Positions 49,597 to 61,582 of a stretch of DNA of 64,000 bases are shown one piece after another (the stretch's first letter is position 1; every line of letters starts with the position of its first letter). The translations under genes were made by a program, and so were the position numbers. Where the stretch lies: assembly GCA_000708835.1 (NCBI GenBank), contig DF237170.1, positions 62,001 through 126,000 of the forward strand, read 5' to 3'. The DNA comes from Klebsormidium nitens (lineage: Eukaryota > Plantae > Klebsormidiophyceae). The notes under the pieces were generated by a model, which was not told the origin of the DNA, did not search any database, and saw only the letters and a list, made by a program, of their open reading frames with translations.

Positions 49597-52500
49597 ATGT
49601 ATTCAACCGCAGGCCCCAGCTCAGCTCTCAGCTCCTTGAGGTTTGCGGAGGAGCTAGAGGATGACGATTTGTACGACTTTTCGGACGTCCCAAACCAGGG
49701 GCCCGCTGCCCCAGTGTCCAGGCCCCCCCTGGTGCGAGAACCAAAAAGGCTTGGCAGCAGCAGCAGCCTGGCCAGCATTGCTGAGTCAGCGGAAGAGGCG
49801 CTTGCAGAGAGTGGTGACATCAGCGATGATGCGGCGTCTTCGAAGGGGTCCTCCCCGCTGGAAGGTTCACTTTCAGAGGCCTCGTTGAACTCTGGTGGTG
49901 AGGGGCATTCACATCCAGAGCTACAGCAGCAGAGAATGGGTGTGAACAAGTTTGGGGGGGATCAGCAAGCAGACAATTTGGGGGGGGCCATGGAGGATCC
50001 TGTTGCAGATGGGGAGTTGGCATGCGAGGAAGAAGAGCTTGAAACTGACGACGAAGATGTGCTGGATATGCTGGGGTTGGAGGACGTGGCGGGAGGGAAC
50101 TTCGCAGATGGTGAGCTCAATCTTTACGTCGTAAATGTGTAAAGCACCTTTTTAAGATTGTTACAAGAGGCCCAGAGCTATGCCAATTTGTAGCAGGCCC
50201 TTATCTTATCAGCTGCCCTTGTGATTACAAGCCCTTTGGTTCACTAATGGCGCTACTGACTTGATGTACTGCCAGAAAGGAATCCACCATCAAGAGTACT
50301 CGACATCACAATACAGCAAGAAATATCAGTCTTTTTGAAAGCTTTTACTAAAGCACCTGAATCTACTTGGAAAATCATAAAATGCTGGCAGTCACCATGT
50401 TGCTCGCCTTTCCATTCGCCGCTCCGCCTGTTCATTTGCAAGTTCTTCACTGTGGCAGTTTTTTCATCTACCTGGGACCTGAACCTTTTGTCTGCAAAGT
50501 GCAAAACTCAGCTCACCGATAGCAATATCAACTCCTCAAATGCAGACAAGCCTGGGCTTGCAACACTCAAGGTCCTGCCACCACTAGGGAAGGGATTGCC
50601 TCCCTTGAACCCCCTCGCTAGGCCTCCTTTCCGTCCGACCCCCCTTTTTGCCGGAGCCCCATCACTGATGGCTCCAACAACGGTTCTGCAAGACCTTCAG
50701 CCCAGCCTCAGAAAGGGGTCTCTGGGTGCTGAAAGCTGGGAAGAAGATCTCATGTTGACAGCTGGCAAGTCAATGAAGACAGCTGTCGAAACATCAGCAA
50801 TCGATAATAGCAACAGTCTTTGGAGTCAGACAGCTGGAGAAGGCTCGTTGGGAACCCCAGTAAGGGAAGCAAATGCCCCAGCTGCCTCTGGTAGCAAACG
50901 GAGCGAGAGTCTGAGTGACTTGGAAGGGAACAGTTCCGTTGGGCGTTTGAGCTCTCTGGGGGAGGAGGTTGCCTCAGAAGATGACGAAGTGGAAGGCGGT
51001 CTGTCAGGCGAGGAGTCGCCGCAAGGGGTAAAGCTGAGTGTAGGGAAGAGTGAAGGCAGCAAAACGAAGCAGGAGTCGAAGGGGGTTAGTGGTGGAGAGG
51101 AGTCAGGGGATCCCGTTGGGGGTAGTTTTGAAGGTGAGGGACTCGAAGGCGAAGCAACCGAAGGTGGCAGCATGGAAGATGAGGAGTTAGAGGAGGGACT
51201 GGATGAGAGGGAGGATCACAGCTTTGAGAACGGTGAATCTGGTCTGGCGGCCGAGTCTGACGGAGTTGAGGAGGGCGAACTAGTTGAGGGGGGAGCAATT
51301 GGGGAAGACAGGTCCGAGCTAGACGAAGGCGGGTCCGAAAACGGGTTTGGCGAAGAAGGGGCAGACGAAGACGGCGAGGGGTTGGAAGAAGAGTTGGACG
51401 AAGATGGTCCAATTCCGGATGGGATTGAAGCGTTGGAGCTTCAAGCGCAGGGCTCGTCAGATTCGGGGAAGCTGGGTGGGGTGAGTAAGGGGGCAAAGGT
51501 ATGGCCGTCTGCTTTCCAGTTGCCAGTCCTGACACACGCTCCTGAGCGAAGCTTTCCGGAGGGTTGGCGGGCCGGAGTGGTGTCAAGAATGGGCGAGGAG
51601 CAGCCGGCTGTCGTGGAGAAGAAAGTGGAGGTCGACGGGCCGATTTTAGGCGGATCGGTTCTATCAGCACGGAAAATTGGGGAAGAGATGGACCAGAGCA
51701 TCGGACGGCCACCACTGATTGCGGGGACAGGTGGCGCGCTGGCGTTACTCGAGCGGAAGTTCGCGCAAGAGAAGCTGTTGGAGCTGCTGAGCGCGACACG
51801 GCAAGATGCGGACAAAGGCAGCGAAACGGCGGAGATATTCGAAGACGAGAACGAGAGTGGGCTCAACAATCCCTCGCCAGGGCTTGACTGGGGAGCTATT
51901 GGTCGTGATGCACCTGTTTCAGTTTCCACTACAATAAGCAGAATAGGAGCAACCCCCTTGGCGGCAGAGCCAAGCTTGGAAAAGGTCAACTTCCAGTCGG
52001 GTCGGGGCTTTGGACCGTCCAAGAGCGTTTCGGACGATCCTTCAGAGGTCCCAGAGAAGTTAGAAGTTCTGGAAACTTTGATGGGCTCGCTGAAGGAGCC
52101 GGGGGGGGCCACTAATGCCGGAGTGAGCGACGTGGGCAGCTCCGTTTCCGTTCCGCTCTCCGTTCCCGGATTGGGGAATCTCAGCAGCACACAAAACGGT
52201 CTTCAAGAACCGGCAGGTCAGGAGAGGAACCCCGATCCGCACAACCAGAATGGTGTCGCAACTTCGGTGGTCCCCATCGGAAAATACCTCACCCCGATTA
52301 GCCCTGGATTAATTCTACCTGTGCTCAATCCGCTGAGCGAACGGAACACTAGCGGAACGGAAGCCAGCGCGTCCAGGACAGCCACACGGGTTTCTGAGAG
52401 CGGCAAAACCAGGGCAGGGATTGATCGGTCAGGGAGCCCGCTTCTTCAGCCAGAGGGGTTGCTGGGCTTGGCTCCAAAGTCCCCTCAAGCCGAAACAGCG

Positions 52501-55500
52501 TCAGCAGAGCGTCAGGCGCTGATGCATTTCCAGCGGGTTGAGAGCAGGAACAATAAAGCGGACTGCAATACGGAGGCCGGTTCCCAACTGGAGGATTCCG
52601 TTGAGAAAGCGGTCGGAGAAGTGGGAGGAAGCGTTGGGTCGTCAGGAGCGGCGGGAATGTCTGGTGAGGATTCAGACGGGTCAGGAAACGGGGCGGATTC
52701 AGCTGGTTTAAGGGGCCGGAAGGATGACGAAGGCTTTGTAAAAAACAGCGATGGGTTGGAAAACGGCAAAAGGGAAGACAGCTCGCCAGGTGTTAGTCGA
52801 AGTAACAAGGAGAAAGACCTAGACGTGGGCTGCCCTGTTTCTTCTGGAGGGGACTTGCGGAGCGCCCAGGGTCCACGTGTCGCTCTGCGGAGCACAGAAA
52901 CCGCAGAGACGCCGGGCGGTTCTAGCGAGACGCAGCGGATTGCGGACACGTGGAGCGGGGGGAAGCCGTGCGGATTACGGCGGGAAGAAACTGAGGCAGT
53001 GTCAACTAGAAGCGGCGGCGAAAGCGGAGAAAAGGGGCTGGCCGTTTCTGAAAAGGCAACAAGCAGCCACGCAATAGACATTTCGGAAGGGATCCCTCTC
53101 GCGGAGGGCCAAGCCGTGAATGAAAGAGCCGGCAGCGCATTTGTAATGGCGCCTCTGGAGGGGTTGAGATTCTCGTCGCCACCAGAGGCCCTGTCCGGCG
53201 AGCCGTTGGCTGGGGCGAAACACTCGAACTCCAGCTCTTCTGCCAGTCAAAAGGGCCTTTCTTCGACGGCTGCGGTTCCGCAAACTTTAGCCTCTCTCTT
53301 TCACAGGCATGTCACCGCCTCGAATCTACAGCCCGAGAACTCTGCAAGCCCTTCTCCGTTGAAGAGTACTGCGTCCCAATCTGATCGAGGGGCGACCATG
53401 ATGGCTTCAGATTACGTCGGCGGTCGCCCTAGCTCGAGCAGGGCTGGGGGAATCTCCGTAAAAAGCAGCGAGTCACCAACGGAGGACGTTCAGCCGGTCC
53501 AAATAGCGACGGCGGAGAAAGCGGGCGCCTCTGAGGCAAAGGATGGAGTCTTTCCTAGTGCGCTTCAGCAGAAGGGGGGCCAGTCAAAGGTGGCTCCAAC
53601 GGGGAAGAAAAGGGATGAGGAACGTCGAGGTAGCTTATGGGGGAGCCGCATTAAAGACGAGTGCTCGGGGGAAAGTGACCGAGGAAACGTAAGCGGTTCG
53701 TCGAGGCGTCCAAGGAAAGAAGCTGGGCCCGGGGAATGTTCCACCGAGGGAAGCACGGAGAATCGAGACGTCAGCGAGTCGTCTAACGGCGGAAGCGTCA
53801 GCCCGCGGGAGGACCTGAAGCGAACGGACCGGGCTGCTGACGTCGTCCCCCGCAGTGTCGCTGACGTCGGTAACCACAGAGCGCCAGCGCAGCTCCGGGC
53901 GAGCTGCAGAGCCGAGCCTCGTGAGGTGGGCCGGCGCCCGGAAAACGACGTCAGTAGAAGCGGCAGGGCTCGAGATGACGTCGGCAGGCATCGTCTGTGG
54001 GGGGAGGCGGACGAGAATGCTGACGTGGGCGATTCTGATTTCGGGGGAAGGCTTTTGAGTCGAGAGATCCGCGAGTTGAGGAAGATCCAGGAAGCGCGGA
54101 GAGCGGCGGAGAAGGAGCGGCTAGGAGCGGCGGTCAGTGCGCTGCAGGAGTGGAAGACCGCAAACGGCGGGGTAGGTTTCCTCTTCGCTGTTCCTTTTCA
54201 CCGGTATGTATTCCCTTGCTTCAGGACTAGAAGAACGCAATCGGCGGGGTAAAGTTTCTCGTTGCTGTTCCGTTTTCGTTCCTTTTCCGTTCCTTTTTCC
54301 GGTGGATTTCCCTTGGTTCAGGAGTGGAAGACCACAAACGGTGGAGTATCTTTTCAGCTTCTTGTTCCTCTTTCTTTCATCTTCCGTTCCTTTTCCGTTT
54401 CCTTTCCCCTTCCTTCAGGGGGAAAGAATGCAAAAGGCAGTGAAAACTCCGCTTGCTCTCCTATCGCTCGTTCTGGCTATGCACTTCGGGACCCGAAGAG
54501 GCGGTCAGATTGAACAGCGCAATCTTGGCATCAATCATTGCTGACCGAAAGATAGCTAGCACTTCGTCTAGCGTGCTCAAAAGTGGCTCGTGACCGGCTG
54601 TCGAAACAATCAGCGCGCGCGTGCGATCGTGCTTGCTCCTTCTTGCTGGATCCTCCCTTAGCATCATCACAACATTTTGGAAGTTGAAACGATCACTATA
54701 TGCCAGCTTTCAGCCTTTTTGCCGCTTGTACTTTGCAAAAGTTGTTCGATTTGCTCTTATTTGTATCTAATTCGACAACAAGAGACAATCTAAAGAAAAA
54801 ATTGCTTTCAGAGAAGCACAAAGGTTCTTCTTTCGAACAATGCCGTGGCTAAAACGAATCGTATTGGTACTACAGGCGGGCACCTCGAACGGCAATGAAC
54901 GCCGCCGAAGCTCCCAGCGCAAGGCGGTCAAGCGTGGCCACGTCATCTCTGACGTCAGCTCCGAGTTCAGCTTCGAAAGCCCGATCCAAAGCGACGCCCC
55001 GATCCGGAGAATGCTCCATGCGCCGCCGTTAGCTGAGCCGCGGGGTTTGGAGGTTTCGAGGGCCGCGGAGAGGGCGGCCGCGGACGCGCTCGAGAGCGCC
55101 CACGTGGCGACGTCCCGCGCGGCCGAACTGGAGCAGGCGCTCGCGCGCAAGGAGCGCGAGGTCGCGCGGCTGGCGCGCGTCGCAGAAGGCTTTAGCAGGG
55201 GCGCCGGCGCGGCCGAGCGCGCGCTGCAGGCGGAGGTGGCGGAGATGGCGCGCGAGCGGGACGGGGCGCTGCAGGAGAGGAAGGCACTTCTGGAGCAGGT
55301 GCGTCTGACTGAGTCACCATTTGCTTATTATACCTCTGCCGTTGGAGAGAATTCACAGCATCGTTTTCTAGATCAGGCATACTTAGCTCAAGTTACAGTA
55401 CTGGGATGGGTAGAGTTAGTATGGGGGTTAGGGTGGATACGGGTGCGGAGCGGGTGATATTTGGGTTTAGGTTTTCAGATTAGCTTCGTTTCTACTAGAA

Positions 55501-58500
55501 CTTGAGCTTACCATGATTTTTCTAGAAAGGTATGATAAGATCTCCCGTTTTCTCGGAGTTGAAGTAGGGTCCATCTCTCCTCGACCTTCTTTACCTATTA
55601 TGCGCTCACCATGATACCCTTCCTTGCGGTTGTGAGCTTAGCGACACTGGATTACTCTCTGAACTCCCTGCTGGAGACGATCCGGTTCCAACTGCCTTGA
55701 ATCTCGCCCGGTCGAAGGCCTTTTCGTGAAGTCTATTTACAGCTTTGATAGCCGATTTCGTCGCGGTCAGAAAAGTGGACGGGTCGGTATGCGCGCGGGC
55801 CTGATCATGTGCTCTCCTTGTTATATCATCAAAATTAACAGATATTATTTTAGAAAGTGTGGAGATCTAAGAAATTTCTCACATGTTGAAAATCTTCACA
55901 ACCTTTCCTTGTTCCACAGCTGGCAAGAAGGGACCGACAGCTGACAGAACGCTGCGACGAGGTGGATCGGCTCAAGTCGGCCTTTGCCAAACTGGCGGAC
56001 CAGCGCGCGGCGGAGAGCGCGCGCGCAGAGGACGCCGCAAGGGCGCGCGAGGTGCGCGTCCGCGAGCTGGAGGAGGGTTTGAGGGTTTCGGAGAGGCTCA
56101 GGGCCGAGGCGGAGGTGAGAACGGACAGAATGTGTAAGCTGTTGCTTTAAAAATTCTGCACTATGACGGCTTTAAGGAAGTACTTGGGAAACTTTGCCTG
56201 ACCCTCAAGTCGCTTTTGGAAGTCAAGTTTGAAATTTGATTTTCACTTTCCTTACCACCATATTCAGCAGGTTTTTAGCAGATTGTCAAAAAGACATCGG
56301 CCAATTTCTATGGCCAGACACCTCTAAGAAGCAAAATATATTTGCGACTCTTCCCCGTGCCCAATTTGACAGCACCATCTTAAACAAGGTTGCATTGCCA
56401 GCGCATCCCTACTTCCTTTGTTGATCTTTCCTGCTGTTCTCACCTGTCGCCGGTGACGAGATTTAGCGAACTTCCGGCATTAAAATGAGTTCAGCTGGCT
56501 TTGCGGTTCCTTACTCTCCAGACTCTTGACACCTCCTCTTAGTCAACTCTGTTCCACCCTTCAGGTTGAGATGCGAACACATCAGGAGCGTCAATCGCAC
56601 TTTACCGCAGAGAGGAAGCGCCTTTCGGACGCCCTGACGGCCTCCCAAGCGTCCGAACAAGGCCTCGTCCAAAAGTTGGACGCTCTGCAGTCGCGGCTTT
56701 CGGACGCTCTCTCCGCCGCACGGGCGTCCGAACAGGGCCTCGTCCAAAAGCTGGACGTCCTGCAGTCGCGGATAGACGCCTCGTCAGAAACTAGGTTACG
56801 GGCGTCCGAAGCTGCTAACACAGCCTTAACCCAGAAAGTGGAGGGTTTGCTGACCAAGATCTCGGCGCTGGAGGCGGAGCTGCGGCACGTGGCGCGCCCG
56901 AGAGCTCGCCGCGTGGCACCTGCAGAGGATGTTGCAAATAGGGCGACCCTGAAAGAGCAGGAAGAGTCGGTAGAGTCGCCAAAAAGCGTGAGCGGTCTGC
57001 TGAGCGACGGAGAGGAAGAGCCGCTAACAGGAAATCTGGAACAAAGCCGCGTATCGAAAACGGTCAAGTGGCCCAAACCCGGTCAGTTGGCGGCCTCCAA
57101 TCCGCAAACGACGCACGCAGAAGAAAGCCCTGAGCAGAGTGCAAGTCAAGAAGAGCCGCTTACTGAGACATCGGGTCGTAGGGCCTCGACTGAGTGGAAC
57201 GAGCGACTGGTGCAGTCTGACGGGGAGGGTCAGGTGGGGGGAAGAAGCGGAAACAGGGCCTCCGGCGAAAAGGTGGCGGAATTAGAACGGGAAGTGAAAC
57301 AACTGAGAGGGGCGCTCAACGTCGCCAAGGAGGGGCAACAGGTAGGGTCCTAAGCCGTGATTTCACCTGCAAAGTTTGTAATCAGACTCTTTGCGCTGAG
57401 TGATGCGTAACGGGCAAGGCGCAGCTTTTTCTTGTTTGTGAATTTGAAACGGCCGCAGCGTTCCCTTTCTCCTCGCCTGAATGGTTCAATACCTTTGGAA
57501 CCTTCAGACGCTGTCGATTGACGATGTATAACAGAACATCCTCTGTCACGGTACACGTCAGAGATCGAGGTCAGGGAATTGCTACGTTCTAGGCATCACT
57601 GGCTTTCACAACATACACAGTGTCTATTTTACGAGATCAGCAGAATGATCACCCTGTCAGAGTCCCAATAAGATTTTGGGTTCGGTTGCGGAAGCCAGCG
57701 TTGAGTCATTTGGACAGACCGCTTGCGAAGTTCCTTTACTTGCCTTAGTCAACCGGATTATGCTATCCACAGGCAGAACCCTTGCAGAATTCTCTGACTT
57801 GGGTTATTTGACTAACCTACCGGTCATCAAGTCCGCAGGTGGCCTGGAACAAGTACGCGGCTCTGTTGCGAAATTTGCGAAAGTGGATGGAGGGTCGCCG
57901 TTACACTGCCAAGACCACCGCCATTAAATTCCCTGGTTTATTGACTAACCATCCTGGTTATGCTGTCCGCAGGCGGGTCGTGGCAAGTACGCGGCTCTGC
58001 TGCGAAACCTGCGGACCTGGATGGAGGGTCGCCGTTACATGGCCAAGACGGCCCCCCAGTTGACCGCTCTGATTCCGCTGCTGGCCTGGCGGAACCTACC
58101 GGCCGAAACCAACCGGATGCGGGCGCGGTGGCACCATCTGGCGGAGGGCCTGTGCGCGGAGGTGAGAATGGGCTCTTGGTGCGAAAGGCTCTCAGTGCAG
58201 ATGGGCTCTTGGTGCGACTGCGCTCCTGGTGTGAATAAGCTATTGGTGTGAATAGGCTCTTGGTGTGAGTGGGCTCTTGTTGCGACTGGAATGGGAAACC
58301 AAGAATCCAAAGGATTCTGCACGGCTGGTGGGAATAAGCAATCGGTACAAGCATGTAAGCAAGCATATTGAGCGAGCACTCTTTCCCAAGCCCTGACCTA
58401 GTCGCCAGCAAAATCTTTTTTGCTCATCCAAACGTTGAGGTGGGAGACGGGAGTCAGTCTCGGAGAGAGGAACTACTTTGCGGCCTATGTCAGAGCATCT

Positions 58501-60389
58501 CGAAGTCAATCAGCCAAGAATCTGAATTTTAGCGGAACAGAATCAACATCGTTGACGGTACCATCCGGCCGTGCGGCAAAATATCTTTGGAACGTTTCGT
58601 CCTTCTGACAAGCTCACCGAACGGTCTTTTCGTCTTGGAATTACAATATGTCGGCTTCCACGACCCGGCCTGCTGATGGAGCCGGGCTCGTGTGGCCGAC
58701 ACCTGGACATTGATGGACTTTTTATGCTTGCACGAGCAGCAATTCAAGCGAGCCCCTCTTTGTCGTCAGGGGCCGAATCATTTCGCTCCATGTTTCGCCC
58801 GACTGATCCTCGGCTTTGCTTCTGCAGAACGCCGAGTCTCCACAGCGCCAGTCGTTCGTTTCGCGGATGTCACGCTTACGTCACCACCGGCGCTGCCTGA
58901 GCGCCCACGTGGACCGCCAGTCGCTGCTCGCCGCGCTCCGCGTTTGGCGTGCGGAAGTGACGAGCGGAGAAGCGCGCGCGGCCGGTGAGCGCGCGCGCGC
59001 GCGCGAGGAGGAGCTCGAGCGCATCACGTGCGCGCTACCCTGGTGGGTGCGGCGCGTGAGCGAGCGCGCGGCGCTCGCGCGCTTCTTCCTGCACTGGCGG
59101 CTGGCGGGCGTGACGGGAAAGCGCCAGGGTTTGGAGGTTCTGCAGAGAGAGAGCGAGCCGGAGGCGGATCCCGGTCACCGGAAGTCTCTGGAAGAGCATC
59201 CGCGGAAGAGGAATTCCGCTGAAGAAATGAGCTTTGTGGAAGTTCCAAGGGATATAAAGGCAGCTTCTATGGCGGAAAGCGGAGCTCCGGCGGAAGAGCT
59301 CAACGGAATGCTGGGCGCGGACGGAGGAGACGCAATCCAGGTTGAGCTGCGGGCCATACGGGAGATGGTGCAAGAGCGGCTGCTGGAGCTGAGTCAACAT
59401 GACGTAAGCAGAAGCCTGCTTAACTTTTGCATCACCTTTCTGTAGAAAAGAACGAACGGGATCCAGCAAACATACTTTCGGGATTTCCACAATGCTCGAC
59501 TTAATCAACAGACAGGAAGAAGAAAGCACTTTCGAGCCGGACGCGTTGATGAGTGCTTGCCTTTCTGATAAGTTTGCAGTCGGTGTTTAGCGCAGACAGA
59601 TCTTGCCACGCTTTCTCGAAGTAGGAAGACGTCCCCGCGTCACCTTGTGTTCGCAAGGGCCATCAGTGCACCTCCTATGACGAAGTCTTGGATGCCGTGG
59701 TTTAAAGTCGCGCTCGAAAGCCAACACGCGCCTCAGGATCCAACTTAGCTTCCCTCAGGAAGCCAGCGATTTCGTGTCAGGTTTCCTGGCGCATAAATTC
59801 AAGCAGGAACGTGCGACAGCTCCTGGGAAAGCAAAAGTTCGGACCAAAGCGCACAGCGGTAAATCGTCATATCCATTCGCAGGAGCTTTCAACGGACGTC
59901 CCCGAAAAGAGGCCGGGGTGCGCCCAGAAAGCGTCTGTCTCGGACGGCTTGCACATGTGCCAGAGCCAAAAAGACGTCATTCAGCACCTCATAACCATCC
60001 TGACGGACCTGCAAGACCGGGCCACCGGCGGTGTAACGCCCGCGGCAGCGTCCGCAGGAGCGTTACAGACACCAGTGCGGGATGATGAAACGACCCCTGA
60101 GATGGAGATGAAGAAAGAAAACGAAACCGGAAGCTTTGGATCGAGGCTAGCGCAAGGCCACGTTGAAGAGGAAGAGAGAAACGTTAAAATCTCGTCCGAG
60201 GAAAGGGCGGACGATGCAGCGCGTGTCGAGGTCAAAGTAATAGATTCTGCCAGGCAGAGTGCTGCCGAGCAAAGAGGGGGCGGTAGAGAGAAAGGTATTG
60301 AGTTAAATGCAACGCATACTCGCCGGCGGATATTGCGGGGGACGTCGAGGTTGAGCGGGAAAGGAAGAACAAGACACTGGGCACCTTAA
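49597..60389 (+). CDS. Very large low-complexity/coiled-coil protein with Sfi1/POC5-like Trp repeats
   Basis: Phase-compatible exons 49597-50110, 50546-54171 (3.6 kb, S/E/G-rich), 54876-55298, 55920-56114, 56565-57341, 57973-58161, 58828-59403, 59883-60389. Heptad A/E/R-rich segments and repeated L-x-x-(F/L)-x-x-W-(K/R)-like motifs. Small extra exons (e.g. near 54419 and 58440) are possible. Confidence 0.65.
54319..54375 (+). repeat. Intronic echo of an exon 3' end plus donor region (54145-54200)
   Basis: caggagtggaagaccacaaacggtggagtatcttttc versus caggagtggaagaccgcaaacggcggg|gtaggtttc. Confidence 0.85.
57735..57935 (+). repeat. Two intronic echoes of branch point plus acceptor plus start of exon 57973
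   Basis: TTGACTAACC...TCCGCAG| at 57808-57838, followed by ~90 bp similar to 57973-58050. A more decayed unit lies at ~57735-57775. Confidence 0.85.
58162..58290 (+). repeat. Intronic minisatellite (GGGCTCTTGGTGYGA-like) starting at a donor site
   Basis: About 6 degenerate copies: gggctcttggtgcga, gggctcttggtgcga, cgctcctggtgtga, agctattggtgtga, aggctcttggtgtga, gggctcttgttgcga. Confidence 0.8.
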
Positions 60390-61582
60390 CGAAGAGACTG
60401 GGAGAGGATTCGCTCACATGAAAGATGAATCGGATCCTCGAATCCTATAGTGTCCAGAACGTGCACAAATCTGATTGTTTGGTTAATTGTGTACGCTGTC
60501 CTATTGGCAGAAACGACGTCATAAGAAATTCATCGCCATGCCAATGAGGAGTCCCTACGCTACGGCTCGGATGCCGCTGGGACATCACGCACGATCAATT
60601 TCTCACGTCTGCATCCTGGCATAGGTCTTTCTATCATGTTATTACTTGATTATAGCCAGGCTGCTTTTCAAAGTTGAGGTTAGTTTTTTAGTGCTACGAG
60701 CTACACTCACGAGCTCGCTCGGATCCCTTGCAACCGAAGAAGTTATGAATAACGTTCCTAGAGCCGACAATCAGCTGCAGCATTTGCCAATGATCAGCAA
60801 GCTGAAAGAGATGTGCCAGCCACCGCCAGGCCCGGCCCAGAATGAAAACTATAGCCTTCAGATCCGAATGTCTCACTTAGATCTGCGTTTACATCGTGTT
60901 GTTGTGGAAGCCAATCCAAACCTGGTCGGCGACTTTTGAGAGCCAAGTATAATAGACCGCAATACCGCATACTTCAGCATCAGGTATGTATTGCCATGGT
61001 ACTCTTGTTTGGCGTGTACGTTCAATGCGGATCCAAGTTTACTGGATAGAAGCAAGGGCTCGCTCTTCATGCACTTGGCCGGTCTGCTCAGATCGGACTG
61101 TTGAACGGGATCATTGATCTGGCGTATCCGTAACTCTTGCCAACCTGTTCATGCAGGCTGCCCTCCCCAGTCACCTATTGAGAGGGATCCCTTTGCTGAT
61201 GTTGCGAACTTCCCACCCTCTCGTCTTTCTGCTGAATCTGGACCGTAAGGTACGGGGCACCAAGATCTTGACCGTCGAGAGTTGCATCAAGCAAGCAACG
61301 AGCCAATGAAAGTGGCCGAATCTGGCGCCAAGGTTTGAAATTGGAAACTCATACAGATCCGATGCAAACTGTGCATCTGCTAACTTAGGTATGAAACAGT
61401 CCAGCAGGATTCTAGCCTGAGAGTCCAGGCTGGAGGTGCATTGCTTTCAAGTGTCTGCTTGTTAAAGGCGGACAGAAGCAGACTTCGGAGCAGCTCCTCA
61501 AATCAAGCCGGTAAGAGTAATTGGTCTCGCCGGTGTGGTCTCGCTCGTCTTGTAGTTGTGGCGGCACTGCCAAGCAGGTTCG

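Noticed and set aside
50826-53991. Several long minus-strand ORFs, and similar ones over ATXN10, DUF72, RRP8 and paladin
   Set aside because: Antisense or alternate-frame shadows of GC-rich coding exons.
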